64,000 bases of DNA from Nesterenkonia sp. (GTDB taxonomy: Bacteria; Actinomycetota; Actinomycetes; Actinomycetales; Micrococcaceae), in contig NZ_JAJUJJ010000010.1 in assembly GCF_029265375.1 (NCBI RefSeq), positions 11,531-75,530 on the forward strand, read 5' to 3'. Shown here piece after piece: positions 19,099 through 29,397 of the stretch. The position numbers and the translations under genes were made by a program. The notes under the pieces are model-generated. The model made no database searches. It was not told where the DNA came from and saw nothing but the letters and a program-made list of their open reading frames with translations. Each line of letters starts with the position of its first letter. The stretch's first letter is position 1.

Positions 19099-19778
19099 CG
19101 CTGTCCCCCGCCGGAAGTCTGCCCGGCGCCGGTCTGTCCGCCTGTCCCGCCGGAGCGCGCCTGCCCGTCAGCCGCATGGCGCGCCACGCGCAGCAGCCGG
19201 AACCCTTTCTGACTGGCGGCCCGCTCCACAGTGAAGGCCTCCTGCAATTGCCCGGCCAGCCAGCGCTGCAGCGAGTCGGCCCCCAGGTTCTTCTGCACCA
19301 CCAGCCAGGCCTCGCCGCCGGGCGCCAGCCGCGGCAGCCAGCGCAGCAGCAGCTCGTGCAGGGCCGGCTTCCCGATGCGGATCGGCGGGTTGGACCAGAT
19401 GGTGGAGAACTGCAGATCGGCAGGCACCTCCTCGGGCGGGAGAACCAGCACAGTGTCCAAGCCCAAGGCGGCGGCGTTCTCCGCGCACAGCGTGCGGGCC
19501 CGCTCATTGACGTCCACCGCCCACACCGTGGCCTGGGGCGCCCGCATCGCCAGGCTCAGCGCAATCGGGCCCCAGCCGCAGCCGATATCCAGCAGATGCC
19601 CGCCCTGGGCGGGGTCCGGCACCTCCTGCAGCAGCACCCGGGTCCCCTTGTCCACGCCGTCGGGGGAGAAGATCCCCGGTGCGGTGCTCACCGTCACCGA
19701 TCGGCCAGCCAGCTGCACCTCGAGGCTGCGCCGCTGGAACGGGCCCTCAGGGGAGGTGAAATAATGCGAAGAGTCCAT
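19095..19778 (-). CDS. Class I SAM-dependent methyltransferase (MTS/RsmC-like)
   Basis: SHYF, GIFSPDGVDKGT, LDIGCGWG, WAVDVNERA, SNPPIRIGK; start at ATG 19778. Confidence 0.9.
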   Translation of the reverse strand: MDSSHYFTSPEGPFQRRSLEVQLAGRSVTVSTAPGIFSPDGVDKGTRVLLQEVPDPAQGGHLLDIGCGWGPIALSLAMRAPQATVWAVDVNERARTLCAENAAALGLDTVLVLPPEEVPADLQFSTIWSNPPIRIGKPALHELLLRWLPRLAPGGEAWLVVQKNLGADSLQRWLAGQLQEAFTVERAASQKGFRLLRVARHAADGQARSGGTGGQTGAGQTSGGGQR

Positions 19779-19785
19779 CGGTTGA

Positions 19786-19798
19786 ATCGTAGTACGAT
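19786..19798. promoter_or_regulatory. Palindromic bidirectional -10 element
   Basis: ATCGTA-G-TACGAT; each TACGAT lies 7 nt from an ATG (19778 on -, 19806 on +). Confidence 0.65.
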
Positions 19799-19805
19799 GG
19801 ACATT

Positions 19806-19853
19806 ATGTGGATTCGCCCGACCCAGTACGCACGGCCCCGCTTCGCAGCCTGA
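19806..19853 (+). CDS. Putative leaderless leader peptide of hflX (MWIRPTQYARPRFAA)
   Basis: TACGAT-N7-ATG; 15 codons then TGA; 130 nt upstream of hflX. Confidence 0.5.
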   Translation: MWIRPTQYARPRFAA

Positions 19854-19983
19854 GTACTTCAGCCCGCTCCCGGACACGGCCCTCGCAGCGCCGCCGGTTG
19901 AGCCTGCTCGACCATCCACTCGAACAAGACCCGCGCATCGCGCCGCCTGAGGCGACGCCGTCATCGGCGCGGGCAAGGAATAT

Positions 19984-21627
19984 ATGACTGAACAGAAGAA
20001 ATCTTCGCACCCGTCGACGGTCGACGAGACCATCGCCCGCATCCTCGCGGCCGATAAGGCCCGCGTCACCCCGTTCATCGCCGACGAGCAGCACCGCACA
20101 GACGCCCCAGACCAGCCCGAGTCCGCTGACCAGGCTGAGTCCGGGGACCAGAACGGTGCCCGGCAGCAGTCCGAGGACCACGACGACGCCGGCCGCGGTG
20201 TTCTGGACGGCCGGGCCCGTGAGCTGGCCGAGACCGAGGCCCACACCGTACACGACGGCGACCAGTACGACCTCTTCGAACGCCGCAGCCTGCGGCGCGT
20301 GGAGGGACTCTCCACCGAGCTGGAGGACGTCACCGAGGTCGAATACCGGCAGCTGCGCCTGGAGCGTGTGGTGCTGGCCGGCCTCTACACCTCCGGGAAC
20401 GCGGCAGAGGCCGAATACTCGCTGCGTGAGCTGGCCGCCCTGGCAGAGACCGCAGGATCCACTGTGCTGGACGGCTTCCTGCAGCGCCGCGCGACCCCGG
20501 ACCCGGGCACCTACTTCGGCTCCGGCAAGGCCCTGGAGATCAAAGATGCGGTGGCCGAACTCGGCGCCGACACCGTGATCGTGGACTCCGAGCTGGCGCC
20601 CTCCCAGCGCCGCGGCCTGGAGGACATCGTCAAGGTCAAGGTCATCGACCGCACCGGCCTGATCCTGGACATCTTCGCCCAGCACGCCAAATCCCGCGAG
20701 GGCAAGGCCCAGGTGGAGCTGGCGCAGATGGAGTACATGCTCCCGCGCCTGCGCGGCTGGGGCGAGTCGCTCTCCCGCCAGGCCGGCGGCCGTGTGGGTG
20801 CCGCTGGCGGCGGCATCGGATCCCGCGGCCCCGGTGAGACCAAGATCGAGCTGGACCGCCGCCGCATCAACCAGCGGATGGCCAAGCTGCGCCGTGAGAT
20901 CGCCGCCATGAAGCCAGCCCGGGAGGCCAAGCGAGCCAATCGCAGGCGCAACGCGGTGCCCTCGGTGGCCATCGCCGGATACACCAATGCCGGCAAGTCT
21001 AGCCTGCTCAACCGCCTCACCGACGCTGGGGTGCTGGTGGAGAACGCACTGTTCGCCACCCTGGATCCCACCACCCGCAAAGCGGTCACCCCGGACGGGA
21101 TCGGCTACACCCTCTCCGATACTGTCGGCTTCGTCCGTCAGCTGCCCACCCAGCTGGTGGAGGCCTTCCGCTCCACCCTGGAAGAGGTGGCCGATGCGGA
21201 CCTGATTCTGCATGTGGTCGACGCCTCCCACCCGGAGCCGGAGAGCCAGATCGCCGCAGTGCGCAAAGTGCTGACCGAGGTGGATGCGCACCAGGTGGAC
21301 GAGATCATCGTGCTGAACAAGGCCGATGCGGCCGAGGACCACGTGATCGACCGGATCCGCCGTCGTGAACCCCATGTGGCGGTGGTCTCAGCGCACACAG
21401 GTCAAGGCATCGAGGAGCTGAAGGAACGCATCGCAGCGGCGATCCCGCGGCCCGACGTCGCCCTGGAGCTGCTGGTGCCCTACGCCTACGGTGAGGTGGT
21501 GTCCCGGCTGCACGCCGAAGACGCCGAAATCCTCTCCACCAGCTACCAGGAGGAGGGCACTCGGCTCAGCGTGAAGGTCCGTGCGGCGCTGGCTCCGGAC
21601 CTGGCCGCATACCAGGTGCGAGACTGA
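19984..21627 (+). CDS. hflX: Ribosome-splitting GTPase HflX
   Basis: DRTGLILDIFAQHA, EGKAQVELAQ, GPGETKIE, GYTNAGKS, LFATLDPT, DTVGF, NKAD. Confidence 0.97.
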   Translation: MTEQKKSSHPSTVDETIARILAADKARVTPFIADEQHRTDAPDQPESADQAESGDQNGARQQSEDHDDAGRGVLDGRARELAETEAHTVHDGDQYDLFERRSLRRVEGLSTELEDVTEVEYRQLRLERVVLAGLYTSGNAAEAEYSLRELAALAETAGSTVLDGFLQRRATPDPGTYFGSGKALEIKDAVAELGADTVIVDSELAPSQRRGLEDIVKVKVIDRTGLILDIFAQHAKSREGKAQVELAQMEYMLPRLRGWGESLSRQAGGRVGAAGGGIGSRGPGETKIELDRRRINQRMAKLRREIAAMKPAREAKRANRRRNAVPSVAIAGYTNAGKSSLLNRLTDAGVLVENALFATLDPTTRKAVTPDGIGYTLSDTVGFVRQLPTQLVEAFRSTLEEVADADLILHVVDASHPEPESQIAAVRKVLTEVDAHQVDEIIVLNKADAAEDHVIDRIRRREPHVAVVSAHTGQGIEELKERIAAAIPRPDVALELLVPYAYGEVVSRLHAEDAEILSTSYQEEGTRLSVKVRAALAPDLAAYQVRD

Positions 21628-21631
21628 GGGT

Positions 21632-23722
21632 ATGACCTCCACCGTCCACTCCGCGCCTGCCACCGCTGACGCGCCGCAGACCGGCGAGCCCACCGGCTCC
21701 ACGGTGCCGCAGGGCCCGGGGGCTGAACGGGCTGCGCAGCTGCTGGAGACCGCCGTGGCGGCCTTCGGCGGCGCGCAGCGCTCCGGTCAGGCGGAGATGA
21801 CCCGCCGGGTCGCCCACGCTCTGGAGAAGGAGCGGCACCTGCTGGTCCAGGCCGGCACCGGCACCGGCAAATCCCTGGCCTACCTGGTGCCTGCGGCCGC
21901 CCACGCAGTGGAGGCGGGCAAACCGGTGGTGATCTCCACCGCCACCTTGGCGCTGCAGGCACAAATCATGGGCCGCGACTTACCCCGCCTGCTTGAATCG
22001 ATCACCGAGGAGCTGCCCCGGCCGGCCGAGGTGGCGCTGGTCAAGGGCCGGGCCAACTACCTGTGCCGGCAGAAGCTGGCCGGTGGCTTCCCCGAGGAGG
22101 ACGACGACCAGGAGGCGCTGTTCGCCGCCGGCATCGAGCCCGGTGGAGGGGTGACCACCTATGAGCCCTCCACCCGGCTGGGCAAAGAGGTGCTCATGCT
22201 GCGGGAATGGGCCGAGGAGACCGAGACCGGAGACCGCGACGACCTGCCCGAGGGCGTGACCGACCGCGCCTGGCGGCAGGTCTCGGTCAACGCCGTGGAC
22301 TGCATCGGCCCGCGGAAATGCCCGATGGCGGAGGAGTGCTTCTCCGAGCTGGCGCGGCAGAAAGCTGCCGAGGCGGATCTGATCGTCACCAATCACGCCA
22401 TGCTGGCCATTGACGCGTTCGAGGGCCTGGACGTGCTGCCCGAGCATGAGGCCGTGATCATCGACGAGGCGCATGAGCTGGCCGAACGGGTCACCTCCGC
22501 GGTCACGGTCCAGCTCTCAGCACAGATGATCCAGGCCGCCGCAAGCTCCGCCCGCAAACACACCGCCATCAATGTGGAGGCACTGCAGAACGCCGCCGCC
22601 GGCATCGAGGCGGCTTTCGGCGGCGTGCAGGAGGGTCTGCTTGCCCGCGGGCTGAACCCCCAGCAGGCCGCTGCAGTGCAGGCAGCCCGCGACGCCGCCA
22701 AGACAGCTCTTTCAGACTCCAAACCCTCCGGGGACGACGCCGACGCCGGACGCACCACCGCCCGAGCCCGCCTGCAGGCCGTGCTGGATGTGACCAACCG
22801 GATGCTGGATGCCGGCGAGACCGCCGACGTCATCTGGCTCTCCCGGCCCGGCACCTTCACCCCCGGCCAGGGATACCAGCCGGCAGACCTCTCCGAGCCG
22901 CCGCTGATCTACGTGGGGCCCACCACCGTGGCCGGCCGGCTGCGCGAGGGCCTGTTCGGCGACCGGACCGTGGTGCTGACCTCAGCCACCCTGGCGCTGG
23001 GGGACAGCTTCGAGCCGATCGCAGGATCGCTCGGCCTGCTGGGGGAGAAGGCTCCAGCCTGGGACGCCGCCGATGTGGGCAGCCCCTTCGACTACCCAAC
23101 CCAGGGCGTGCTGTATGTGGCCAAGCATCTTCCGCCGCCGTCGCTGAAGACCCAGGAGGACCAGCGTCAGGAGCTGGCCGAGCTGATCGAGGCCTCCGGC
23201 GGGGCGGCTCTGGCACTGTTCTCCTCGCGTCGGGCTGCCGAGGAGGCGGCCGAACAGCTGCGCGAGCAGCTGGATGTGCCCATCCTCTGCCAGGGTGATG
23301 CGACCATGTCAGCTCTGGTGCGGCAATTCGCCGAGGAGGAGGAGACCTGCCTGTTCGGCACCATGAGCCTGTGGCAGGGTGTGGACGTCCCCGGACGGTC
23401 CTGCCGGCTGGTGGCCATCGACCGGATTCCCTTCCCGCGCCCGGACGACCCGCTGATGAGCGCCCGCACCCAGGAGGTGGCCCGCGCCGGCGGCAACGGG
23501 TTCATGACAGTCTCCGCCACCCATGCCGCCATCCGGCTGGCCCAGGGGGCCGGACGGCTGATCCGCACCGCAGAGGACCGCGGAGTCCTGGCCGTGCTGG
23601 ATTCCCGGCTGGCCACTAAGCAGTACGGCGGCTTCCTGAAGCGCTCTATGCCCGACTTCTGGGCCACCACTGACGGCCGCATCGCCCGCGGGGCGCTGAG
23701 CCGGCTGCGCCAGACTTCGTAG
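21632..23722 (+). CDS. DinG/YoaA-family ATP-dependent DNA helicase
   Basis: QAGTGTGKS, KGRANYLC, Cys residues in the FeS region, DEAH, TSATL, WQGVDVPG, QGAGRLIR. Confidence 0.92.
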   Translation: MTSTVHSAPATADAPQTGEPTGSTVPQGPGAERAAQLLETAVAAFGGAQRSGQAEMTRRVAHALEKERHLLVQAGTGTGKSLAYLVPAAAHAVEAGKPVVISTATLALQAQIMGRDLPRLLESITEELPRPAEVALVKGRANYLCRQKLAGGFPEEDDDQEALFAAGIEPGGGVTTYEPSTRLGKEVLMLREWAEETETGDRDDLPEGVTDRAWRQVSVNAVDCIGPRKCPMAEECFSELARQKAAEADLIVTNHAMLAIDAFEGLDVLPEHEAVIIDEAHELAERVTSAVTVQLSAQMIQAAASSARKHTAINVEALQNAAAGIEAAFGGVQEGLLARGLNPQQAAAVQAARDAAKTALSDSKPSGDDADAGRTTARARLQAVLDVTNRMLDAGETADVIWLSRPGTFTPGQGYQPADLSEPPLIYVGPTTVAGRLREGLFGDRTVVLTSATLALGDSFEPIAGSLGLLGEKAPAWDAADVGSPFDYPTQGVLYVAKHLPPPSLKTQEDQRQELAELIEASGGAALALFSSRRAAEEAAEQLREQLDVPILCQGDATMSALVRQFAEEEETCLFGTMSLWQGVDVPGRSCRLVAIDRIPFPRPDDPLMSARTQEVARAGGNGFMTVSATHAAIRLAQGAGRLIRTAEDRGVLAVLDSRLATKQYGGFLKRSMPDFWATTDGRIARGALSRLRQTS

Positions 23723-23773
23723 CCGCGGCCGCGATAGTTTGCGCGAATACTCTCAGTCTTGCCCCAGGGCGGA

Positions 23774-24511
23774 CTAGAGGGAGCGCAGCACGGTGACGAC
23801 CTTGCCCATAATGGTGGCCTCATCGCCCAGGATCGGCTCGTACATGCGGTTCTGCGGCAGCAGCCACTGGTGACCGTCGCGCCGCTTGAGCGTCTTGACG
23901 GTGGCTTCATCATCCAGCAGCGCAGCAACGATGTCCCCGTTGTCCGCATCAGGCTGGCGGCGCACCACCACCCAGTCGTCCTCGAAGATGCCGGCCTCGA
24001 TCATCGAATCACCGCGGACCTGAAGCATGAACAGCTCACCCTCACCGGTGAGCTGGCGTGGCAGCGGCATCACATCCTCGACGTTCTGCTCCGCCAGTAT
24101 CGGTCCGCCGGCGGCGATCCGTCCCACCAGCGGAACATCGGCGGTGCGTGAGTCCGCGCCGGCGCGGTAGGCGTCCAGATCCACTACGGTGCTGTCGGCC
24201 TCAGCGGCCGAAGTCTGCTCTGCAGCGGTGGGCTGCTCCTCGGTCAGCAGGCGGCCCGAGGAGTCCCGGATGACCTCCATGGCCCGCGGTTTGCCCGGCA
24301 CCCGGCGCAGATACCCCAGCTGCTGCAGGCGGGAGAGCTGGTGGGTCACCGAGGAGAGGGAGGCCAGCCCGCAGGCATCGCCGATCTCCCGCATCGAGGG
24401 AGGATAGCTGCGCTCCGCCAGTGAGGACTGAATCATGTCCACGATCTTGCGCTGCCGCTCGGTGAGCTTCTTCGGCGGCTGCTGAGTCGCGTCGTCGGCC
24501 TGGGTCGCCAT
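23774..24511 (-). CDS. lexA: SOS repressor LexA
   Basis: [18 protein letters not shown] cleavage site, GDSM (Ser) and ATVK (Lys) catalytic dyad. Confidence 0.98.
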   Translation of the reverse strand: MATQADDATQQPPKKLTERQRKIVDMIQSSLAERSYPPSMREIGDACGLASLSSVTHQLSRLQQLGYLRRVPGKPRAMEVIRDSSGRLLTEEQPTAAEQTSAAEADSTVVDLDAYRAGADSRTADVPLVGRIAAGGPILAEQNVEDVMPLPRQLTGEGELFMLQVRGDSMIEAGIFEDDWVVVRRQPDADNGDIVAALLDDEATVKTLKRRDGHQWLLPQNRMYEPILGDEATIMGKVVTVLRSL

Positions 24512-24584
24512 CTGCGTGTCTCCTCCTGCTCGGGCCGAGGTGACAGTTCCGGTGTCCTACCCCTCTGCTGGGATAGTCACGACG

Positions 24585-24600
24585 TCGAACGTCACTTCGA
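24585..24600. promoter_or_regulatory. LexA box (lexA-proximal)
   Basis: TCGAAC-GTCA-CTTCGA, one mismatch; just downstream of a minus-strand -10 TACTCT (24618-24613). Confidence 0.75.
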
Positions 24601-24689
24601 ACGGTTGGCATCAGAGTACGCGAAACCGCATACAGATTCCATAGATGTGTGCGAGTGTCGCGACGCAGTTCGAAGATATGTGCTATAAA

Positions 24690-24705
24690 TAGAACACAGG
24701 TTCGA
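24690..24705. promoter_or_regulatory. LexA box (LysM gene-proximal)
   Basis: TAGAAC-ACAG-GTTCGA, one mismatch; directly after TATAAA. Confidence 0.8.
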
Positions 24706-24722
24706 AACAGGAGGACTTCCCC

Positions 24723-25094
24723 ATGACTGCCACCGCGAACACTGAGACAGTGCACACCAGCCTCACACAGCACACCGCGGGGCTGCGGCTCACCCGGCGC
24801 GGCCGGCTGCTGCTGGTGGGACTGCCGGTGATGATGCTCGCCATCGCGCTGCTGGCAGGAGCGCTGTTCGCCGCGACCTCCGCGTTCAACTCCGTCCAGG
24901 CCACCACCGCAGGCCAGCCCGGCGTCGAGGCCGTCGAGGTCACCGTCTCCCCGGGGGACACCCTGTGGACCATCGCCTCCGACGCCCCTGCTGCCGGTGA
25001 CATCCACCAGGTGATGGGGCAGATCGTGGAGCTCAATGATCTGGACAGCTCGCAGCTGCAGCCCGGCCAGGTCCTGCACGTTCCCGCCGACTGA
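24723..25094 (+). CDS. Single-TM LysM-domain protein, probable SOS cell-division inhibitor (ChiZ/DivS/YneA-like)
   Basis: LRLTRRGR plus TM helix plus VTVSPGDTLWTIA...IVELNDL...LQPGQVLHVP LysM; divergent from lexA. Confidence 0.85.
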   Translation: MTATANTETVHTSLTQHTAGLRLTRRGRLLLVGLPVMMLAIALLAGALFAATSAFNSVQATTAGQPGVEAVEVTVSPGDTLWTIASDAPAAGDIHQVMGQIVELNDLDSSQLQPGQVLHVPAD

Positions 25095-25178
25095 GGCCGC
25101 TCTGCGCAGCGCTCCCGCAGAGTGAGACGACCGCCCGGCGGCGAGCCTGCGTCAGGCCGCCGGCACTACCATGGTCAG

Positions 25179-26285
25179 GTGACCCAATCACCCCTGGATG
25201 CCTTGCCGATCCGCGAGGAGCTGAGGGGACAGCAGCCCTACGGCGCGCCCCAGCTGAACGTTGCGGCCATGCTCAACGTCAACGAGACCACCTACGACGT
25301 CCCCACTGAGGTGGTCGAAGCCATCAGCAGTCAGGTGCGCGCTGCCGCCCAGCGGCTCAACCGGTACCCCGACCGCGAATTCACGCTGCTGCGTGAGAAG
25401 CTCGCTGCATTCCTCAGCGCCGAATCCGCAGTCCCGGTCACACCCGAGCAGATCTGGGCCGGCAACGGCTCCAATGAGGTGATGCAGCACATCCTGCAGG
25501 CCTTCGCCGGCCCGGGCCGCAGCGTCATGGCCTTCCCGCCGACCTATTCGATGTATCCGCTCTACGCCCGCGGGGTCTACAGCGACTACATTCCCGGCAC
25601 CCGCAGCCCGGATTTCACCCAGTCCGCCCAGGACGTCGCCGATCAGATCCGCCGGCACCGCCCGCATGTGGTGATCCTCTGCTCACCGAACAACCCCACC
25701 GGCACCGCGCTGGACCTGGAGGTGGTGGAGGCTGCCTATCGGGCTGCCGAAGAATCCGAGACCATGGTGGTGGTGGACGAGGCCTACGGCGAATTCCGGC
25801 AGCCCGGCACCCCCTCAGCCCTGCAGTTGCTGGAGGGGCGGCCGCGACTGATCGTCACCCGCACCATGAGCAAGGCCTTCGCCATGGCCGGGGGCCGGGT
25901 GGGCTACATGGCCGCCGCTGCCGCAGTCACCGACGCGCTGCGCCTGGTGCGGCTGCCCTACCATCTCTCAGCCGTCACGCAGGCCGCCGCCTGCGCCGCC
26001 CTGGACCACGCAGAGGTCCTGATGGGCAATGTGGAGCGGATCAAAGCCCAGCGGGATCGGATCGTCACCGAGCTGGAGGCCATGGGCCTGACCCCTCACC
26101 CCTCGGATGCCAACTTCGTGTTCTTCGGCGGGCTCGACGACGCCCATGCCGCCTGGGAGCACCTGCTCGATGACGGCATCCTCATCCGCGACGTCGGGAT
26201 CCCCGGACACCTGCGCGTCACCGCCGGCACCCCAGAGGAGACCAGCGCCTTCCTGGACTCCCTGCGCCGCTACCTCAACCGATAG
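25179..26285 (+). CDS. hisC: Histidinol-phosphate aminotransferase
   Basis: LNVNE, NRYPD, GNGSNE, SPNNPTG, DEAYGEF, RTMSKAF; TACCAT-N6-GTG start. Confidence 0.96.
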   Translation: MTQSPLDALPIREELRGQQPYGAPQLNVAAMLNVNETTYDVPTEVVEAISSQVRAAAQRLNRYPDREFTLLREKLAAFLSAESAVPVTPEQIWAGNGSNEVMQHILQAFAGPGRSVMAFPPTYSMYPLYARGVYSDYIPGTRSPDFTQSAQDVADQIRRHRPHVVILCSPNNPTGTALDLEVVEAAYRAAEESETMVVVDEAYGEFRQPGTPSALQLLEGRPRLIVTRTMSKAFAMAGGRVGYMAAAAAVTDALRLVRLPYHLSAVTQAAACAALDHAEVLMGNVERIKAQRDRIVTELEAMGLTPHPSDANFVFFGGLDDAHAAWEHLLDDGILIRDVGIPGHLRVTAGTPEETSAFLDSLRRYLNR

Positions 26286-26297
26286 GATGGACCCCTT

Positions 26298-26930
26298 ATG
26301 GGAGCAGAAGCAGTCCCCGGGCGCGGTGAACCCTCACGCGCAGCCCAGATGGAACGCACCACCAGCGAATCGCATGTCTCCGTGCGCCTGGACCTCGACG
26401 GCACCGGCAGCTCACAGATCAGCACCACTGTGCCGTTCTACGACCACATGCTCACCGCACTGGCCAAGCATTCACTCATCGACCTGACCGTTGAGGCAGA
26501 GGGCGACACCCACATCGATGTCCACCACACCGTGGAGGACACCGCCATTGTGCTCGGCGAGGTGCTGCGCACCGCCCTGGGCGAGAAGCGCGGGATCCGC
26601 CGGTTCGGCGAAGCCACCGTCCCGCTGGACGAGGCCCTGGCCCACGCCGTCGTCGACGTCTCCGGACGGCCCTACCTGGTGCACACCGGAGAGCCTGAAG
26701 GCCAGCAGTACCACCTCATCGGCGGACACTTCACCGGGTCCATGACCCGCCACGTGTTCGAATCCATCACCTACCACGCCGGCATCTGCCTGCATATGCG
26801 GCTGCTGGCCGGGCGCGACCCCCACCACATCGTCGAAGCCCAGTTCAAGGCCTTCGCCAGGGCGCTGCGCGCTGCCGTGGAGTCCGACCCCCGCACCGAC
26901 GAGATCCCCTCCACCAAGGGAGCGCTGTGA
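26298..26930 (+). CDS. hisB: Imidazoleglycerol-phosphate dehydratase
   Basis: [33 protein letters not shown]. Confidence 0.97.
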   Translation: MGAEAVPGRGEPSRAAQMERTTSESHVSVRLDLDGTGSSQISTTVPFYDHMLTALAKHSLIDLTVEAEGDTHIDVHHTVEDTAIVLGEVLRTALGEKRGIRRFGEATVPLDEALAHAVVDVSGRPYLVHTGEPEGQQYHLIGGHFTGSMTRHVFESITYHAGICLHMRLLAGRDPHHIVEAQFKAFARALRAAVESDPRTDEIPSTKGAL

Positions 26931-27568
26931 GCCCGCAGCCCCAGGTGGCAGTGCTGGACTACGGCTCCGGCAATGTGCACTCGGCAGTGCGCGCCCTGCG
27001 TCGCGCCGGCGCCGAGGTCGAGCTCACCCAGGACGCCCAGACCATTCTCAACGCCTCCGGACTTGTGGTGCCCGGCGTCGGGGCCTTCGCCGCCGTGATG
27101 GAGGCGCTCAACCGGATCGGCGCACCACGCTGGATCGGCCGCCGCATCGCCGGCTCCCGGCCGGTGCTGGGAATCTGCGTGGGCCACCAGGTGCTCTTCG
27201 AACGCGGAGTCGAGCACGGCATCGCCGCGGCCGGGCTGGGGGAGTGGCCCGGGGAGGTCACCGCCCTGCCCGAGGACGTGGTGGTCCCCCATATGGGGTG
27301 GAACACCGTGCGGCCGCCCGAGGACACCGTGCTCTTCGACGGGCTGGCGGATCAGCGGTTCTACTTCGTGCACTCCTATGCCGTGCAGACCTGGGACTTC
27401 GACCAGACCAGTGCCGCCATCGCCCCTCCGAAGGTCACCTGGTCCCACCACGGAACGGACTTCGTGGCCGCGGTGGAGAATGGGCCCCTGTCAGCCACCC
27501 AGTTCCATCCCGAAAAATCCGGCGACGCCGGCATGCAGCTGCTGCGCAACTGGATCACCTCACTCTAG
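26927..27568 (+). CDS. hisH: Imidazole glycerol phosphate synthase, glutaminase subunit
   Basis: DYGSGN, PGVGAF, LGICVG, PHMGWN, FYFVHSY, QFHPEKS. Confidence 0.97.
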   Translation: MSPQPQVAVLDYGSGNVHSAVRALRRAGAEVELTQDAQTILNASGLVVPGVGAFAAVMEALNRIGAPRWIGRRIAGSRPVLGICVGHQVLFERGVEHGIAAAGLGEWPGEVTALPEDVVVPHMGWNTVRPPEDTVLFDGLADQRFYFVHSYAVQTWDFDQTSAAIAPPKVTWSHHGTDFVAAVENGPLSATQFHPEKSGDAGMQLLRNWITSL

Positions 27569-27587
27569 ACCCGCCGAAAGAGACCCC

Positions 27588-28457
27588 ATGAGCCACACCC
27601 CCTCCGCCGAACCGAGCCCCAACGCGCCCTCCCAGGCAGCCTCCACCCAGCGCGCTGAGACCCACAGCGCCCAGAGCGGGCCCGCCGCTGCTCAGGCCGC
27701 CGCCCCCAGCACCCGTTCCGGCAGCGTCCCCGCGCTTCAGCTGCTGCCCGCCGTCGACGTCGCCGACGGCCAAGCCGTCCGCCTGGTGCAGGGCGAAGCC
27801 GGCTCCGAAACCAGCTACGGCGACCCCCTGGAGGCCGCCCAGACCTGGCAGGACCAGGGGGCCGAATGGATCCACCTGGTGGATCTGGACGCCGCCTTCG
27901 GCCGGGGTCACAACCGCGAAGTGCTGGCGCGGGTGGTCGATCAGATCGGCATCAAGATCGAACTCTCCGGCGGAATCCGCGATGACGAGTCCCTGGAACG
28001 AGCCCTGGAGATGGGCGCGACCCGGGTGAATCTGGGCACCGCGGCCCTGGAGGACCCGGAATGGACCGCCTCTGCCATCGCCCGCCACGGCGAAGCGATC
28101 GCCGTGGGACTGGACGTGCGCGGAGAGACCCTGGCCGCCCGCGGATGGACCAAAGAGGGCGGCAACCTCTGGGAAGTCCTCACCCGGCTGGAGGAGGCCG
28201 GCTGCCCCCGCTACGTGGTCACCGACGTGACCAAGGACGGCACCCTGCGCGGTCCCAACACAGAGCTGCTGACAGCGGTCAGCGCGAAGACCAACCGCCC
28301 GGTGATCGCCTCAGGCGGCATCTCCTCGCTCGAGGATGTGGCGGCACTGGCCAAGATGGTCTCCTCCGGAGTGGAGGGCGCCATCATGGGCAAGGCCCTC
28401 TACGCCGGGCGCTTCACCCTGCCGGAGGCGCTGAAGGTGGCCGCCGACTCCGCATGA
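27588..28457 (+). CDS. priA: Bifunctional HisA/TrpF isomerase (PriA) with an N-terminal extension
   Basis: [55 protein letters not shown]. Confidence 0.93.
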   Translation: MSHTPSAEPSPNAPSQAASTQRAETHSAQSGPAAAQAAAPSTRSGSVPALQLLPAVDVADGQAVRLVQGEAGSETSYGDPLEAAQTWQDQGAEWIHLVDLDAAFGRGHNREVLARVVDQIGIKIELSGGIRDDESLERALEMGATRVNLGTAALEDPEWTASAIARHGEAIAVGLDVRGETLAARGWTKEGGNLWEVLTRLEEAGCPRYVVTDVTKDGTLRGPNTELLTAVSAKTNRPVIASGGISSLEDVAALAKMVSSGVEGAIMGKALYAGRFTLPEALKVAADSA

Positions 28458-29386
28458 GTCCCGCAGCCGAGGGTCGGCAGCTTCCGGCCCATATCGCTCA
28501 CCTGCTGGCCAGCAGACCCTCCAGCGCCGGCGGAACCACCGGCGGTGAGGACCCTGGGCACGCGGAGGACGCAGCAGCCGCCCACCACGCCGCCGCTGAT
28601 TCGGCGGGCATCCCGTGGGCGGGCCGTGACCTCAGCGGCGAGGGCAACCCGCTGCACACCTTCGACGGCGACGACGGCCGCACCCCGCCCGCGGTCGCCC
28701 AGGCCCGAAGCCGGCTCATAGCCGGGCAGATCAGCGAGGCCGAGTTCGTGGCCGCGCTGGCCGGCCAGCGGCTCTTCGCCCCGGTGCTGGCCACCGGAAG
28801 TGCGGACGCCGAATCCGGGGACAAAGAGGCGGAGATCTCCCTGGTCTCGCTCACCACACCAGATGGTCGCCGCGCGCTGCCGGTGTTCACCGACGTGGAG
28901 GCGCTGACCTCCTGGCACCGGCAGGCGCGCCCGGTCGCGGCTGAGGCCGAACGCATTATGCTCGCCGCTCTGGCCGAGGAAGCCGACCTGGTGGTGCTGG
29001 ACCCGGCCCGGCCAGAGACCCCAGCCGAGCTGACCTACACCATCCGCCGGCCCGCGGTCGAAGCCCTGGCCCAAGGACGGGACTGGCGGCCCAGCTACCT
29101 CGACGCCGAGCTGGCCGATGCCCTGCAGGGCATCCCGGAGCAGTGCCCCGGAGTCGCGCGGCTTCAGCTGCGGCCTCATCCGGGCATCCTGACCACCAGC
29201 AGATCCGGAGAGCGAGTGCTCGGCGGCGGACACGGCCCGGAGCTCAGCATCGGGGTGGAGGTGGAGCCGGACTGCGACCCGGTGGACCAGCGGCTGGCGC
29301 TGGCCGCAGTCCAGGCGTCCCTGCAGGAGATCGACCTGCTGCGCCGTCGGGCCGATTCGGTCCACGTGGAACTGGTGCAGACCTGA
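28454..29386 (+). CDS. SseB-family protein
   Basis: [45 protein letters not shown] overlap with priA. Confidence 0.75.
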   Translation: MSPAAEGRQLPAHIAHLLASRPSSAGGTTGGEDPGHAEDAAAAHHAAADSAGIPWAGRDLSGEGNPLHTFDGDDGRTPPAVAQARSRLIAGQISEAEFVAALAGQRLFAPVLATGSADAESGDKEAEISLVSLTTPDGRRALPVFTDVEALTSWHRQARPVAAEAERIMLAALAEEADLVVLDPARPETPAELTYTIRRPAVEALAQGRDWRPSYLDAELADALQGIPEQCPGVARLQLRPHPGILTTSRSGERVLGGGHGPELSIGVEVEPDCDPVDQRLALAAVQASLQEIDLLRRRADSVHVELVQT

Positions 29387-29397
29387 CCGCTCGCCGC

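Noticed and set aside
19755-19775. WhiB7/WblC-type AT-rich motif (GAAATA) upstream of the hflX promoter
   Set aside because: The spacing to the -10 is too long for the known -35 geometry, and it lies inside the MTase coding sequence.
24670-24685. Third LexA box TCGAAG-ATAT-GTGCTA
   Set aside because: Three mismatches to consensus; too weak to call.
25095-25179. His attenuator upstream of hisC
   Set aside because: No His-codon-rich leader, and hisC appears leaderless.
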